Part shown: positions 20,743 through 30,791 of the stretch, one piece after another
Position numbering within the stretch: position 1 is the stretch's first letter
Layout of the letters: every line of letters starts with the position of its first letter
NCBI GenBank assembly: GCA_918797485.1
Contig: CAKKNE010000006.1
Location: forward strand, 1,426,001 to 1,490,000
Length of the DNA stretch: 64,000 bases
Direction: 5' to 3'
Source: Pelagomonas calceolata
Lineage: Eukaryota
Program-made: the position numbers and the translations under genes
Notes under the pieces: model-generated
Database searches by the model: none
What the model saw: the letters and a program-made list of their open reading frames with translations, nothing else
What the model was told of the DNA's origin: nothing

Positions 20743-22275
20743 TTAGTCGTCCTCGTAGCTCTCGCCGTCGGGCTCGATGGACGCGTCGACCTTCGCCGCG
20801 AGCGCGGCGAGCTGCTTCTGTTTATCGGCAAAAGCCTTCTTCTGGGCGGAAGACGCGTTTTTGTTCCCACCGATGAAGTTCGAGGCCTTCCGCGCCATGT
20901 CCGTATGGACGACGACGTTGCCGTCGACTTTTTCCGCTGGGTAAAAAGTGTCCGCGGTACCGTCTCCGGTCGTATCCACACCGGCCGTGTCGATCGTGCC
21001 CGCACCCTTCGTATCTAACAATACTGTTTTTTTGCCGGAACCGACTTTTCGGTTGGAGGTCCGTTGCCTGTTCCCAGCCTGGTGTTCGAGTTCATCGGCC
21101 GCCGCCGGCAAATACGCTAAATCAGCGGCGGCATGATCCAAGGGATTCACCCTCACGACCATGCACGTGATGTCGTCCCGGTAGTCGCCCTCCTCCTCGT
21201 TCCATTTAGCTGCTGCTTCCAAAATTAATTCTCTGCAAGCTCCCGTCGCGTCATCTTTTTGTACTAAGTCCTTGCATAAGTCCACGGCGTTTTTTGATTG
21301 GATGAACTCCCAGATGCCGTCGGAAGCCACGATGAAGAAGACATCGTTATTTGTTAATGTGTACGTTGATATCGCGGGGTCGGCAATCACTCCCACATGT
21401 TTCACGCATCGATCACCTAATGATCTAGACATTGCTAACCCCACTTGCGTGAAATTAGCGTTCAAATACACGCGCGCGGAGAAGCCTTCCTTCGTCCGCG
21501 GTTTCACAAAACCACCAGCCGCTTCGATGCGAGCCTGTTCCTCGGGCACGTCGGGGTTGTGGTCCACGGTCAGGTCCTTGGCTATGATTTTCGAGCCTTT
21601 CTTCGTCGCGAGGACGGCTCTGCTATCGCCCGCGGACGCGAGTGTCAGAGTCTTGTCCACGAGAACGGCCACGACGGCAGTAGTGCCGGAGTGCTTACAT
21701 CTAACTGTAGGATCCTTCTTCATGGCCAAGTCGCAGGCCAGGAAAGTCGTCTTGAGAGCCACCGGCAGGTCCGTACTAAATGAAGGGTGTTTGTGCAGGT
21801 TGTCGCGGATGTACTCCATCGCGAACTGCGAGACCTCCTGGCCGTGCTCGCCGTGCCCATCATACACGGCGAACAACGCCCGTCGCGGGTCCTCGCCGTA
21901 GGGCTGCACCACACACCCGCGATCTTGATTGATCTTCGCCATGGCCCCGTCCGTGAAATAGGACGGTTCGATGCCGTGGCACGAAAACGTCCCGACGATG
22001 TTCGACGGGAACGGCGACAGGGCCCAGTCCGGCTCGTAGATCTCGCTGGCGGCGTAACTAATATCCCGCGACCGCCGGTGCTCGCGACTGCCTTGCGGGG
22101 GCCGCTGGACGAGCGTCTCGGTGTTGGAATCGGGCTTCTTGCCGATGCTCCGCCGTCGGCTCCGCTTCTTCGGGTAGGCGTCCGTGCCGGGCGGGACGCC
22201 GGAGAGGGGGTCTCCAGTCTGTGCCTCGGCCTTCATCTGCTTGAGGCGCGCCGGGTTGAGGGGCGCGGGCACCAT
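20743..22275 (-). CDS. PP2C/PPM family protein phosphatase (start uncertain)
   Basis: INQDR, VYDGHG, SGTTA, GDSRAVL, DHNP, GLAMSRSLGD, ASDGIW, DDIT. Confidence 0.92.
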   Translation of the reverse strand: MVPAPLNPARLKQMKAEAQTGDPLSGVPPGTDAYPKKRSRRRSIGKKPDSNTETLVQRPPQGSREHRRSRDISYAASEIYEPDWALSPFPSNIVGTFSCHGIEPSYFTDGAMAKINQDRGCVVQPYGEDPRRALFAVYDGHGEHGQEVSQFAMEYIRDNLHKHPSFSTDLPVALKTTFLACDLAMKKDPTVRCKHSGTTAVVAVLVDKTLTLASAGDSRAVLATKKGSKIIAKDLTVDHNPDVPEEQARIEAAGGFVKPRTKEGFSARVYLNANFTQVGLAMSRSLGDRCVKHVGVIADPAISTYTLTNNDVFFIVASDGIWEFIQSKNAVDLCKDLVQKDDATGACRELILEAAAKWNEEEGDYRDDITCMVVRVNPLDHAAADLAYLPAAADELEHQAGNRQRTSNRKVGSGKKTVLLDTKGAGTIDTAGVDTTGDGTADTFYPAEKVDGNVVVHTDMARKASNFIGGNKNASSAQKKAFADKQKQLAALAAKVDASIEPDGESYEDD

Positions 22276-22642
22276 CCTTGCGTCGCTCTTGGTTGTTCTT
22301 CTCCACCGTAGCGTCGATGGGAGCTGCGCGGGCCTTGGAGCGGGCGTGAGGTTGTCGAATGGACCCCGCTTCACAAAGCTCCGGGGCAGCCTCGCGGCCG
22401 TGGGGCGATCTCACGCCAAAGGGGGCCGGTGGTGACAGCGGCCGTTTTGGCTAGTGCCTTACAGCCGCTAGCTTTCCGAGCCCTCTTTCTAGTGTTCCGT
22501 CGGACGCGTCGGGGCCTGCGAGCAATGCGGGGCGGTCCTCGGGAGCGGGCCATGTTTGCCATTTTGGCAGAGGCTCTGTGTAGGGCTGCCGCCGCGCCGC
22601 AGCCGCAATGATTGCAATGCGGGGTCACCAGTGGCCCTGAAG

Positions 22643-23662
22643 ATGCGCGCCGTCGTCGCCGCGGCAGCACTGACGGCAGCCCACGCCTACGGCGACGGCG
22701 CGGCCCGGCACCGCCTCGAAGAGGCGGAACGCTGGCTCTACGCCGGCGCGCCGCCTCCGAGCAATTGGGAGATCACGTCCAAACGCGACCTGCCGCCGTC
22801 CAATAAGTGGTCGGACCTGAATAGCGGCAATTCCAAGCGTGTCCGAGCGACGACGTACGCGTCTCGACCCGTCGTCGTCAAGGAGGCCCTCGCGAAGGGC
22901 CACTGGAACGAGAGAAATGTCAGAGGTGAATTACTATGGCTCGAGTACCTGCGGGGCGCGCCGGGCATACCACGATTGTATGGGGCCTTCTTCACCGACA
23001 ACGGCACGAAAGTGTCGCTGGTCGCGCAGCGCGCGGGCCACCCGCTCGCCCGAGGTAAAGGCACACGGCATTCCAGAACCATGCTCCTGAAAGAATGGAA
23101 AAATTGGTGCTCGTCGCGACCGGTCGAGGCGCTGCGCGCGCTGTTAACGTGTTTCCGGTCCTTCGCGGAAGTTGGCGGTTCCTTTCTCTCTGACTTCTCG
23201 CCGCACCAATTTACGGTGGGTAAGGACGAAGTCTTCCTCATCGACGGGCCCGACGCGCTGAGTGGGCCTTTATACGACGTCTTCGCCGCCCGTAACCTGC
23301 CGACCGTGTATGCCGGGCCGGTACGAAAGTGCTCCTCCGAGGATAAGTGTCCGGCGACGTCGCCGGCGCACTGCTGCTGCGGCGGTACTAGCGCGAAGAC
23401 GCGCTGCGAGAAGGGCGCCAAGGGCGCGCCCGAGGCGGCGGGCGGCTGCGCGGCCGGCTCTTGTCAACGCGTCTCGGCGAAGACCCACGTTTTTGACGTG
23501 GCGGCGAAGGTCTGGGCCTTCCCCTATGTCCTAAACTTCGTCGAGCTCGCGCCCGCGCGGAAGCTGGCGCTGCGGCGGCTCCAGGTCTGGATGGAGCGGC
23601 CCCTCGTGGGCGACCGGCCGAACTTCACGGAGGCGCTCGCGGCGCTCGACGGGGTCTCGTAG
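22643..23662 (+). CDS. Secreted protein-kinase-like protein (PKDCC/VLK-like)
   Basis: Signal peptide; GNSKRV, VVVK, E..WLEYLRG.PGIPRLYG, DFSPHQF, LIDGPD; Cys-rich insert. Confidence 0.6.
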   Translation: MRAVVAAAALTAAHAYGDGAARHRLEEAERWLYAGAPPPSNWEITSKRDLPPSNKWSDLNSGNSKRVRATTYASRPVVVKEALAKGHWNERNVRGELLWLEYLRGAPGIPRLYGAFFTDNGTKVSLVAQRAGHPLARGKGTRHSRTMLLKEWKNWCSSRPVEALRALLTCFRSFAEVGGSFLSDFSPHQFTVGKDEVFLIDGPDALSGPLYDVFAARNLPTVYAGPVRKCSSEDKCPATSPAHCCCGGTSAKTRCEKGAKGAPEAAGGCAAGSCQRVSAKTHVFDVAAKVWAFPYVLNFVELAPARKLALRRLQVWMERPLVGDRPNFTEALAALDGVS

Positions 23663-23980
23663 TAACGCGTTGTTTTTGTGGTGACCTGCCGAGTCGTCGG
23701 AGGAGTCCGGGCGCCGTGCGCGTTCGCGGGGCCAGGCCCAAGGCTCAGGCTAGTTACGTCGCAGGGTCCCCCGTACCCCTCCCGCTCCCCCCGGGCCCAC
23801 CCGTCCGGCTGGACTAGGAAGTAAGGTGCCGTGCTAGAGTGTTACGGTTTGCGCAGGATCAGATTTGATGGCCAAGAGCCTTGTAGGAGAGCTGCCCTTG
23901 CGCGCCGCAGGCGCCAGTTCCGGACGGAGAGGAACGTAGGACCAACGCACGCGCACGGGGGCTGCGGTGCTCACGTCGTG

Positions 23981-24892
23981 ATGGCGCCCGCCGCGGCGCG
24001 CGCGCGAGAAGCCGCCGAGGCGCCCGCGCCCGCGCCGAGCGTCGAGGACGCGGCGGCCGGCTGGGCCGCGGTGACCGAACTCATCGACGCGCGGATGCAG
24101 GAAGCAATCCTTCACCATCGTTATTGCGCCGAGTTAGCGAATCAGATGCGCGAGTCTATCAAGGACGTCGCGGCTGAATATGTCTGTCCGCTCACCCTGG
24201 AATTGCCGGTCGACCCCGTCATGGCTAAAGATGGCCGGATCTACGAACGCAGCCACATCCTCGCGTGGTTGAGCCGGAACGCAACGAGTCCGGTCACCCG
24301 CGAGCCCATGGGAACGGAATTGACACCGGTGCCAATAATTAGGAACTCAATCGAAAAGCTCGTTAGTAGCGGCGCTATCGAGGGCGACATCGCCGAGGCC
24401 TGGCAGAAAGCCTCGGCGAAGAAGCGGGCGGACGAGATGCTAGTGAAGGAGACGCGCGCGAAGGCGGAAGGCGGTGAGGGTGACGCTATGTATCTGCTCG
24501 GCGCGTGGTACCAATTAGGCATGAACGGCCTCGCGGTGGACAAGGCGCAAGCCCGCGCGTGGTACGAGCGCAGCGCTGCGGCCCGCGACCCAAGAGGGCT
24601 GGCGACGTTTGGTTGCTTTCTCCTGGATGGCATCGGTGGGCCCCAGGACAATGTATTTGGGATCATGAATTTGGCCCAGGCGGCGGAGCTCGGATCGGAC
24701 TATGGCGCGTATATACTTGGCCACGCGTTCTTCAGTGGCGATGGCCTGCCGAAGGACCCCGTGCGAGCGCGATACTGGCTGAAGAAGGCCGTCGACGGCG
24801 AGTGCGAATTCAAGCTCCTGTTCCATGATGACAGATCCGCTGCTGAGCAAATGCTCGAGGCGCTGGAGTCCGGCGGTGGAGTAATTTCCTAG
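23981..24892 (+). CDS. U-box + Sel1-like repeat protein
   Basis: EYVCPLTLELPVDPVMAKDGRIYERSHI..W....TSPVT; Sel1 repeats (AMYLLGAWY..G..GL..D...A..WY). Confidence 0.9.
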   Translation: MAPAAARAREAAEAPAPAPSVEDAAAGWAAVTELIDARMQEAILHHRYCAELANQMRESIKDVAAEYVCPLTLELPVDPVMAKDGRIYERSHILAWLSRNATSPVTREPMGTELTPVPIIRNSIEKLVSSGAIEGDIAEAWQKASAKKRADEMLVKETRAKAEGGEGDAMYLLGAWYQLGMNGLAVDKAQARAWYERSAAARDPRGLATFGCFLLDGIGGPQDNVFGIMNLAQAAELGSDYGAYILGHAFFSGDGLPKDPVRARYWLKKAVDGECEFKLLFHDDRSAAEQMLEALESGGGVIS

Positions 24893-24906
24893 AGTAAATG
24901 AACGCA

Positions 24907-25245
24907 TTACCTCAGCGCCCCGACCCACTCCCGGTCGCTCGCGTGGACCTCGTCGAGCGCGGTCCAGCCCCCGTGGAAGTCCGCGTCCATGAGCTCCTCC
25001 CACTCCTGGCACTTGGGGTCCTCGCGGTAGCGGCTCCGCGGGCCAGTCGCTTCGCCAAGATCCGTGGCGCCGGCCGTCGTGACGTACAGGAAGAGCGTCG
25101 ACGTGTTAGGAGCGCGGAAGATCGTGAGCTGCGTCACGCCGGCGGCGCGGAGCCCCCGGCAGACCTCGGGCCAGATGTGGTCGTGGTAGTGGAGGTACTC
25201 CTCCATCTTGCCGTCTTTGACGGTCGTGGTGAAGGCGTAGCGCAT
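24907..25245 (-). CDS. rhaM: L-rhamnose mutarotase family protein
   Basis: EEY...HDHIWPEV...LRAAGV....IF and CQEW..LM motifs. Confidence 0.8.
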   Translation of the reverse strand: MRYAFTTTVKDGKMEEYLHYHDHIWPEVCRGLRAAGVTQLTIFRAPNTSTLFLYVTTAGATDLGEATGPRSRYREDPKCQEWEELMDADFHGGWTALDEVHASDREWVGALR

Positions 25246-25722
25246 CTTTGCACTTCTGCGACGTAACTTGCACGGCACGGCTGCGTTGCGAGCGAATGGG
25301 TCGCGGCACGAATTTATGCTGCACGACTGCTGCTCCCGCGCGCGGACGGCTGCGACGAGCTATGCTGCCTGACAAAGTGCAGCAGTCTGTACTGGCCTGT
25401 GGGCGGCTTTGTACACGGTCCGTTCGCTGCCGTTCGATAGTTTAGAGCTCCTTAGCTGCGTTCAGCACCTCAGCTCGGGTCTGCGTCGAGTTAAGCCACA
25501 AATGTATGCACAGAATGCTAGCGGGCTGTAAGGCACTAGCAAGCAGAGCAAAAACGACCGCACAGTTCCAAAATTGCCCTTGTAACGCCATCGACGCGTT
25601 GCGGAGTCGCACGACTTGTTTCTGAACGCCGCAACCCAATCCTCAAAGCTCCGGGCCCGCCCGCGCACGCGTTTGGGCACCTCGCCGCCAGAGCCTGTCC
25701 CAGGAGCGCGCGAGCGGCAGCG

Positions 25723-26142
25723 ATGCAGCCGAGCACGACCCAGGTCCTCACCGCAGCAGCTTTGAGCTGCATGCTCCTCTTATACCTGCAACGGCGCCGC
25801 CTCCCCACGCGAAGGGCCGCGATCGAGATCAGAGACGAGGCGACTGTCATGTTAGTTGCTGATGTGGACTACCAGCAAAAACGGGTGCTGCGGGAGGTGC
25901 ACCTGCGTGAGGTGAAGCACTCCGCTTCCAGGCGGCTGGAGGATGTGGTAAGAGCCTTGGTCGCGGAAGCGCGCGACGTCGGCGCCGAACAGGCCACGGT
26001 GTTCGAGCGGCCCAAGGTCTCCGTGGGCACGTCGGTCTTGCGGGCCGTCGAGGACCGCTGGCGGCGGTCGCGCTGCGACGGCGCCTTCGACCTGCGGGTC
26101 GTGTCGTTTCTGGCGCAGGCGCCGCCGTGGCTGCCTTCCTAG
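25723..26142 (+). CDS. Hypothetical protein with N-terminal hydrophobic segment
   Basis: 139-aa ORF downstream of the promoter motif, with host-like codon usage. Confidence 0.45.
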   Translation: MQPSTTQVLTAAALSCMLLLYLQRRRLPTRRAAIEIRDEATVMLVADVDYQQKRVLREVHLREVKHSASRRLEDVVRALVAEARDVGAEQATVFERPKVSVGTSVLRAVEDRWRRSRCDGAFDLRVVSFLAQAPPWLPS

Positions 26143-26243
26143 CCGTGTGTAAGTAACCTTATCTATCGCGGGGGACGGTCTCTGTGGTCCTGCTCGGCGA
26201 GGGCGTTGAAACGGCAATAGATACTACAGATTTACGCGCAAAA

Positions 26244-27251
26244 CTAGTCCGCCTTCTCGTCGCGCCGCTTCTTGACGCGCGAGAAGGGCGAGATGGCGTC
26301 GTCGAAGATGTAGCGCAGGACCGTGCCCGGCCAACTATAGCACTGCGGCAGGTCACTATAAAATTCCGGCGCGATCTGCGTCACCAGCGGCAGCCGCGAC
26401 CAGGGCACGCTCGGGAAGTCGTGGTGCTCGTTGTGGTAGCCCACGTTGTACGCCAGGGCGTTCAAGGGCCCGTAGTAGGAGTAGGTCTCGGCCGTGCCCT
26501 CAAAAACATAATGTTCCGCGATGAAGTGGCCGGCGGTGGGATGGATCGACCCGGCGAAGAAGGTGGACAGCAGCAAATATAATAAAGCTGACCGCCCGAA
26601 GCACGTGAGTATGACCGCGTCGAAGGCCAGGACCACGGCCCAGTTCAGCAATATCCACCGATCGACCGGGACCAAGTCGGGCTTCACGATCATGGGCCTC
26701 AAGGCGTACCCAAAAATCTGGCAGAACATGAAGACGAACTTTCGTAGAGTGTGATCTATGTAGGAGGTCGCCGTGCCAGAAATCAACCACGCTTCGAGGT
26801 ATGTGGGTATATCGGTATCAATACCATCATCACCTTGCTGGGCATGGTGGGCCATGTGGTAGGGTTTAAATGTGACCGCGTAGGCTATCGTAATGGGACA
26901 GTTCGCGACCATGGCTATCAATCGATTCTCGGCCCAGGACTTGGCCCCCAGGCCGTGCGCGAGCTCGTGGATCGCGAGGAACAGCGAGTGGTTCGCCGTC
27001 GCTCCGATCACGTAGGTCGCGGCGAGGTAGTAGGGCCACCGCCACTCCTTCACATACGACGCGACCCAGACCTGGAGGGCCACGGTCAACACAACGAGGT
27101 ATTTCGTGAGGGGTTCATAACCGAACAATTTCTGGATTTCCGGGTGGACCTTGAGGATGGCTCGTCTTCTTATCGCGTGCGGCTCCTCTTGCGTGCGGTA
27201 GACGAAGTCCCAGGGCCTTTCTAACGGTTGGGCTCGCGCGCCCTTGCCCAT
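26244..27251 (-). CDS. DES1: Sphingolipid delta-4 desaturase
   Basis: EPHAIRR.AIL..HPEI..LFG, His boxes HELAH, HMAHH, HNEHH; HPTAGHFIAEHY, ETYSYYG. Confidence 0.95.
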   Translation of the reverse strand: MGKGARAQPLERPWDFVYRTQEEPHAIRRRAILKVHPEIQKLFGYEPLTKYLVVLTVALQVWVASYVKEWRWPYYLAATYVIGATANHSLFLAIHELAHGLGAKSWAENRLIAMVANCPITIAYAVTFKPYHMAHHAQQGDDGIDTDIPTYLEAWLISGTATSYIDHTLRKFVFMFCQIFGYALRPMIVKPDLVPVDRWILLNWAVVLAFDAVILTCFGRSALLYLLLSTFFAGSIHPTAGHFIAEHYVFEGTAETYSYYGPLNALAYNVGYHNEHHDFPSVPWSRLPLVTQIAPEFYSDLPQCYSWPGTVLRYIFDDAISPFSRVKKRRDEKAD

Positions 27252-28026
27252 CGTTTGGCCGGTAGCGCGTCGGCTGTCTTTTCAGAGGTCTGGCTGCTGT
27301 CCCGTAACGCTATACGTCTACGGGGGTGCGCTGGCGTTGTACGGCGCGCGTCGGGGCCGCGCGCGCGTGGTGCCGAAGCGATGCAGTTGCTGCTGCAAAC
27401 TTTCGAGCTGGCGCTGCGCTGGACGTCTGATACGTCGTGATTTGTGCCGCGGACGGGTGCAGCTGGTACGCTGAGACGTGTGGCACAGCTCTGCTATAGT
27501 CGAATTTCTCTGGCGGCGCGTGTGCGCGGTTCGAGATGCGAGTTGGACGGCGCCGCGTCGACGCCAACTTTCTTTGGGTGCGGGGTGGCTGGCCGGAAGA
27601 TTGATCCGACGCGTCCACGGGTCTTCGAGTACCAGGTCTCGCAGTTAGCCAGGTCCCAAAAGCCGCCTCTGACAGGTGCATTCGACAAGGCAATTTGTGA
27701 GCTGCAGTTGTCGTATAGCGCGACTGTCAGCAAGCGTCGAGGGTCAAACGGGTCTCCTGAGTACTCGTGAGACCGGCGACAAGCGCGACGATGGGCAAAG
27801 GCGCTGGTAAAGGCGCGCAAAACCCAGCAATGATGGCCTTACATGATGGACATTGCTGCACAAAACCCCTTGAAAATATCTCCCGCCCTCTTCCCGCCGT
27901 CTAAGGACGCATCTTTTATAGCAGTAGCCGCGCCGACGGCGTCTTCGCCCGCGGGTACGCCGTCGACGCGCACGATACGCACGCCGCCACCACGTGCGTA
28001 CGATAACCTCCAAACAATTAGATTAC

Positions 28027-29022
28027 TTAACCCAAAGCCCCGATCCCCGCCGACGACGCCGCGATCGCCTCGCTCACGTCGACCTGCACGCCGACGTAGT
28101 ATGTCACCGCTCCTTCGCTGTCCCTTAAGGGCGCGATGAAGAAGCGGTTCCAGAAGGTTTCGCCGTCCTTGCGGTAGTTTAGTAGCGTCACGAGGCACTC
28201 GTGCTCGCCGGCGACGGCGTCGCGGATCTCTCCCACTCGTCTAGGGTCCGTCCGAGGACCTTGCAGGAACCGGCAGTTCCGGCCGATGACTTCCTCTCGA
28301 GCATAGCCGGTCATCCGCAGGAAGGCGTCCGACGCCCAGACGATCGGATTGTCCGGCTGTCGCGGGTCCGTGACGCAGAAAGATCGCTGGGCCTCCTGGA
28401 TGACTTTCACTAAGCATAGGTCACCGCGGGCCATCGACTCGTCCCTCGACGTAATCGCTGAATTGTCCTCGCTCCCTAACTCTGCGAAGAGCTTCGCGCG
28501 TTCGCTTTCGTCCAAATGTTCTCGAGCTATTGCTTTCAACCTCTGATTCGTCTCCTGGAGCGTCTGGAGCCGTCGTCGGAGAGCGGACGCGAAAAACCCT
28601 CGTCTCAGTCTATGGCCCTTCGCGAAGGCCCGCGCGACCTTGTTCACGTCGCCCTCGGCGGCCTCGTCGTCTGACGCGTCGTAGTCGACCTCTTCAACTG
28701 TCCTCGAAGGTGGCCGCGGCGGCGGCGCGCGCTTCCCGAACAGAAACGCCATCTGCGCGCTGTGGCCGGCCCAGGACCCGCTCCACTGGGGCGCGTCCTC
28801 CTCATCTATTGATACGGGTGTTGACGTGTGGTCGACCATATACGCGCTCAACAGTGCGGAGTCCCAACTTTGAGCTGTCGACGTGAGCACGTCGAAGGAC
28901 TCCCTCCTGTCATTGGAGGGACCGCTGTCCGTGCGACGTCTTTTGGCGGCGCTGGACGCCGCGAAGGTCGGCGGCGCCAGGGCCGTGAGGTCGCCTTCTC
29001 CGCGCGAGCGCTTGAGGGACAT
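28027..29022 (-). CDS. Aureochrome-like bZIP-LOV blue-light receptor (divergent basic region)
   Basis: LOV: SFCVTDPRQPDNPIVWAS..F..MTGY...EVIGRNCRFLQG...LLNYRKDG..FWN...VGVQ, preceded by a bZIP-like helix (AKGHRLRR...L...LQ..N..LK). Confidence 0.85.
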   Translation of the reverse strand: MSLKRSRGEGDLTALAPPTFAASSAAKRRRTDSGPSNDRRESFDVLTSTAQSWDSALLSAYMVDHTSTPVSIDEEDAPQWSGSWAGHSAQMAFLFGKRAPPPRPPSRTVEEVDYDASDDEAAEGDVNKVARAFAKGHRLRRGFFASALRRRLQTLQETNQRLKAIAREHLDESERAKLFAELGSEDNSAITSRDESMARGDLCLVKVIQEAQRSFCVTDPRQPDNPIVWASDAFLRMTGYAREEVIGRNCRFLQGPRTDPRRVGEIRDAVAGEHECLVTLLNYRKDGETFWNRFFIAPLRDSEGAVTYYVGVQVDVSEAIAASSAGIGALG

Positions 29023-29695
29023 CTTTCGTATTTGCGGCTGTGGTTGCAGGGCTGCCGTTGCGCTGTTGCAAAATTGCGTCCACCGGCTTGCACGCTAGCC
29101 ACACCTTTGCGCGTCCGCGCACCTTGGCTGCCTCAGTGATTGACGCACTGGTAAGGATCGCGGCTTCCCTGCTGCACGCATGCACCTACCGGCTGCAGAG
29201 CGACGGTGCAAAAGGATTTCGAGCCTCGACGCATGCAATTGCAGCGTTGACGTGCTATGATTCGCTCGTTTGGCCCGCTAATTTGAGGTGCTAAAAGATA
29301 GCCAAATCGACCAGCTAAGTGAGGTGAAGCGGGCTTAGCGGACGTCTCCGGCCGCGGTAGGGGTCCAGGAGGGTGCAAGAACAAGCTGGGAAACCGCCTT
29401 TTAATTGAGCAAAAAAAAAACTCAACAGACCCCGCGCACGGGCGTGGCTTCCCCGAGAGCTCCGGGGCGCATCCACGCACCGGTCGCGGGAAGGAGACTC
29501 CTTCGAGCATTTTCAGTATCGTCTTGGAGGCGCCTGGGCGGTGGAGATGAGGGACGCGCGCGCCGGGCCCCGCGGACGCGCCCCGTCTCGCCCAGTCTCC
29601 TTCGAGTTGGACGCCTCGCCCCCCAGCAGACGGCTCCACGACAAAGCGTAACGCTCGTCGCACACTATCACCTTACACAGCGCCTGCGCCGGTCG

Positions 29696-30439
29696 CTAGC
29701 AGATCACGCAGTTCCCGCGCCGCCGCTTGGCCTCTGGAGGCGCCGCATCGCCATCGTCGGCGCGGCGCTTCGTGCCCCGGTCTCCATCGTCGGCGTCGTC
29801 GTCGCTGGCGCCGCCGCGCGCGTCCTCCGTCTTGTCGTCCGCGTCGGCGTCATCGTCGGCGGCGGCCTCGCCCTCCGTGTCGGCGGCCGCGGCCGCGGCG
29901 TCACCGTCGTCACCGTCAGCGGCAGCCTCGCCTTCGGCGGCCGGCGTCCGCCGCCCGAGCCAGGGCGGCGCCGGCGGCCGCGCGGCCAGCTCCGTCCGCA
30001 GACGCTTGATCTCGCGCAGGGCCGCGGGTAGGTTGTCGATCTCCGCCTCCACAATCGTATACGCCTCGTCGCCGTCCAGCACACGTGCGCCGCCGTCGCG
30101 CAGCATGCGCCCCGGGCACAAAATGATGGTGTCACCGACCTCTACGTCCGCTCCGGACCCTCCTGCCAATCTTACCAGTTCGCCGCGACAGGTCAGCACG
30201 GCCGTCGGGTTCACGCCCTGGGCCACGACACGCAGATTCCCACCTTCGTCACGCAGCAGCGTCGCCTGGCGACGGGAGACCCGCGGCGACGTGATGTCCG
30301 GCGCGAGGAGGCCGCGCCGGCCGAGGTCGACGACGTCCAAATCGGGGATAGGCGTGACCGTGCCGCCTTGGCTGCGCAGCGACAGCGGCGGCGAGCGGTG
30401 CTGCGTCGCGCGCGCAGCCGGCGTCGCGATGGATGCCAT
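29696..30439 (-). CDS. FHA-like (PNKP/APTX-type) domain protein with acidic tail, NLS and CaaX end
   Basis: LGR....ITSPRVSRRQATL...GVNPT; ends AKRRRGNCVIC*. Confidence 0.6.
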   Translation of the reverse strand: MASIATPAARATQHRSPPLSLRSQGGTVTPIPDLDVVDLGRRGLLAPDITSPRVSRRQATLLRDEGGNLRVVAQGVNPTAVLTCRGELVRLAGGSGADVEVGDTIILCPGRMLRDGGARVLDGDEAYTIVEAEIDNLPAALREIKRLRTELAARPPAPPWLGRRTPAAEGEAAADGDDGDAAAAAADTEGEAAADDDADADDKTEDARGGASDDDADDGDRGTKRRADDGDAAPPEAKRRRGNCVIC

Positions 30440-30791
30440 CTCTTTTTAACCGCGCTCGCGCTCTCTTTTTTCCGCGCTCGCGCCGACTGGCGTCTCTTGA
30501 ATGCGCTCGCGCCGACTGGCGTCGCGGCGCGAGTAATTTGTGCTCCACAGACTTGGCGCCTCGGGCGCTCTGTGCTCTCACACGGTTTTTTGCAGGGAAA
30601 GCGGTACGCGCAGCTCTGCGCTGTGGATAATTACTCGTAGTGCTGTGGATGAAACTGCTCGTGGTATGCTGCGACAGCGCGCTATTGCGCGCCGAGAGCA
30701 GAGCCAGATCAATTCGGCCATCGACGCGACGCGCACCCCTAAGAAGAAACAAAACTCGATACGAGGAAGGTTAGGACAAGGGGGAACGAAC

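Noticed and set aside
27450..28020. Short ORFs between DES1 and the aureochrome
   Set aside because: No recognisable motifs or convincing splice structure.
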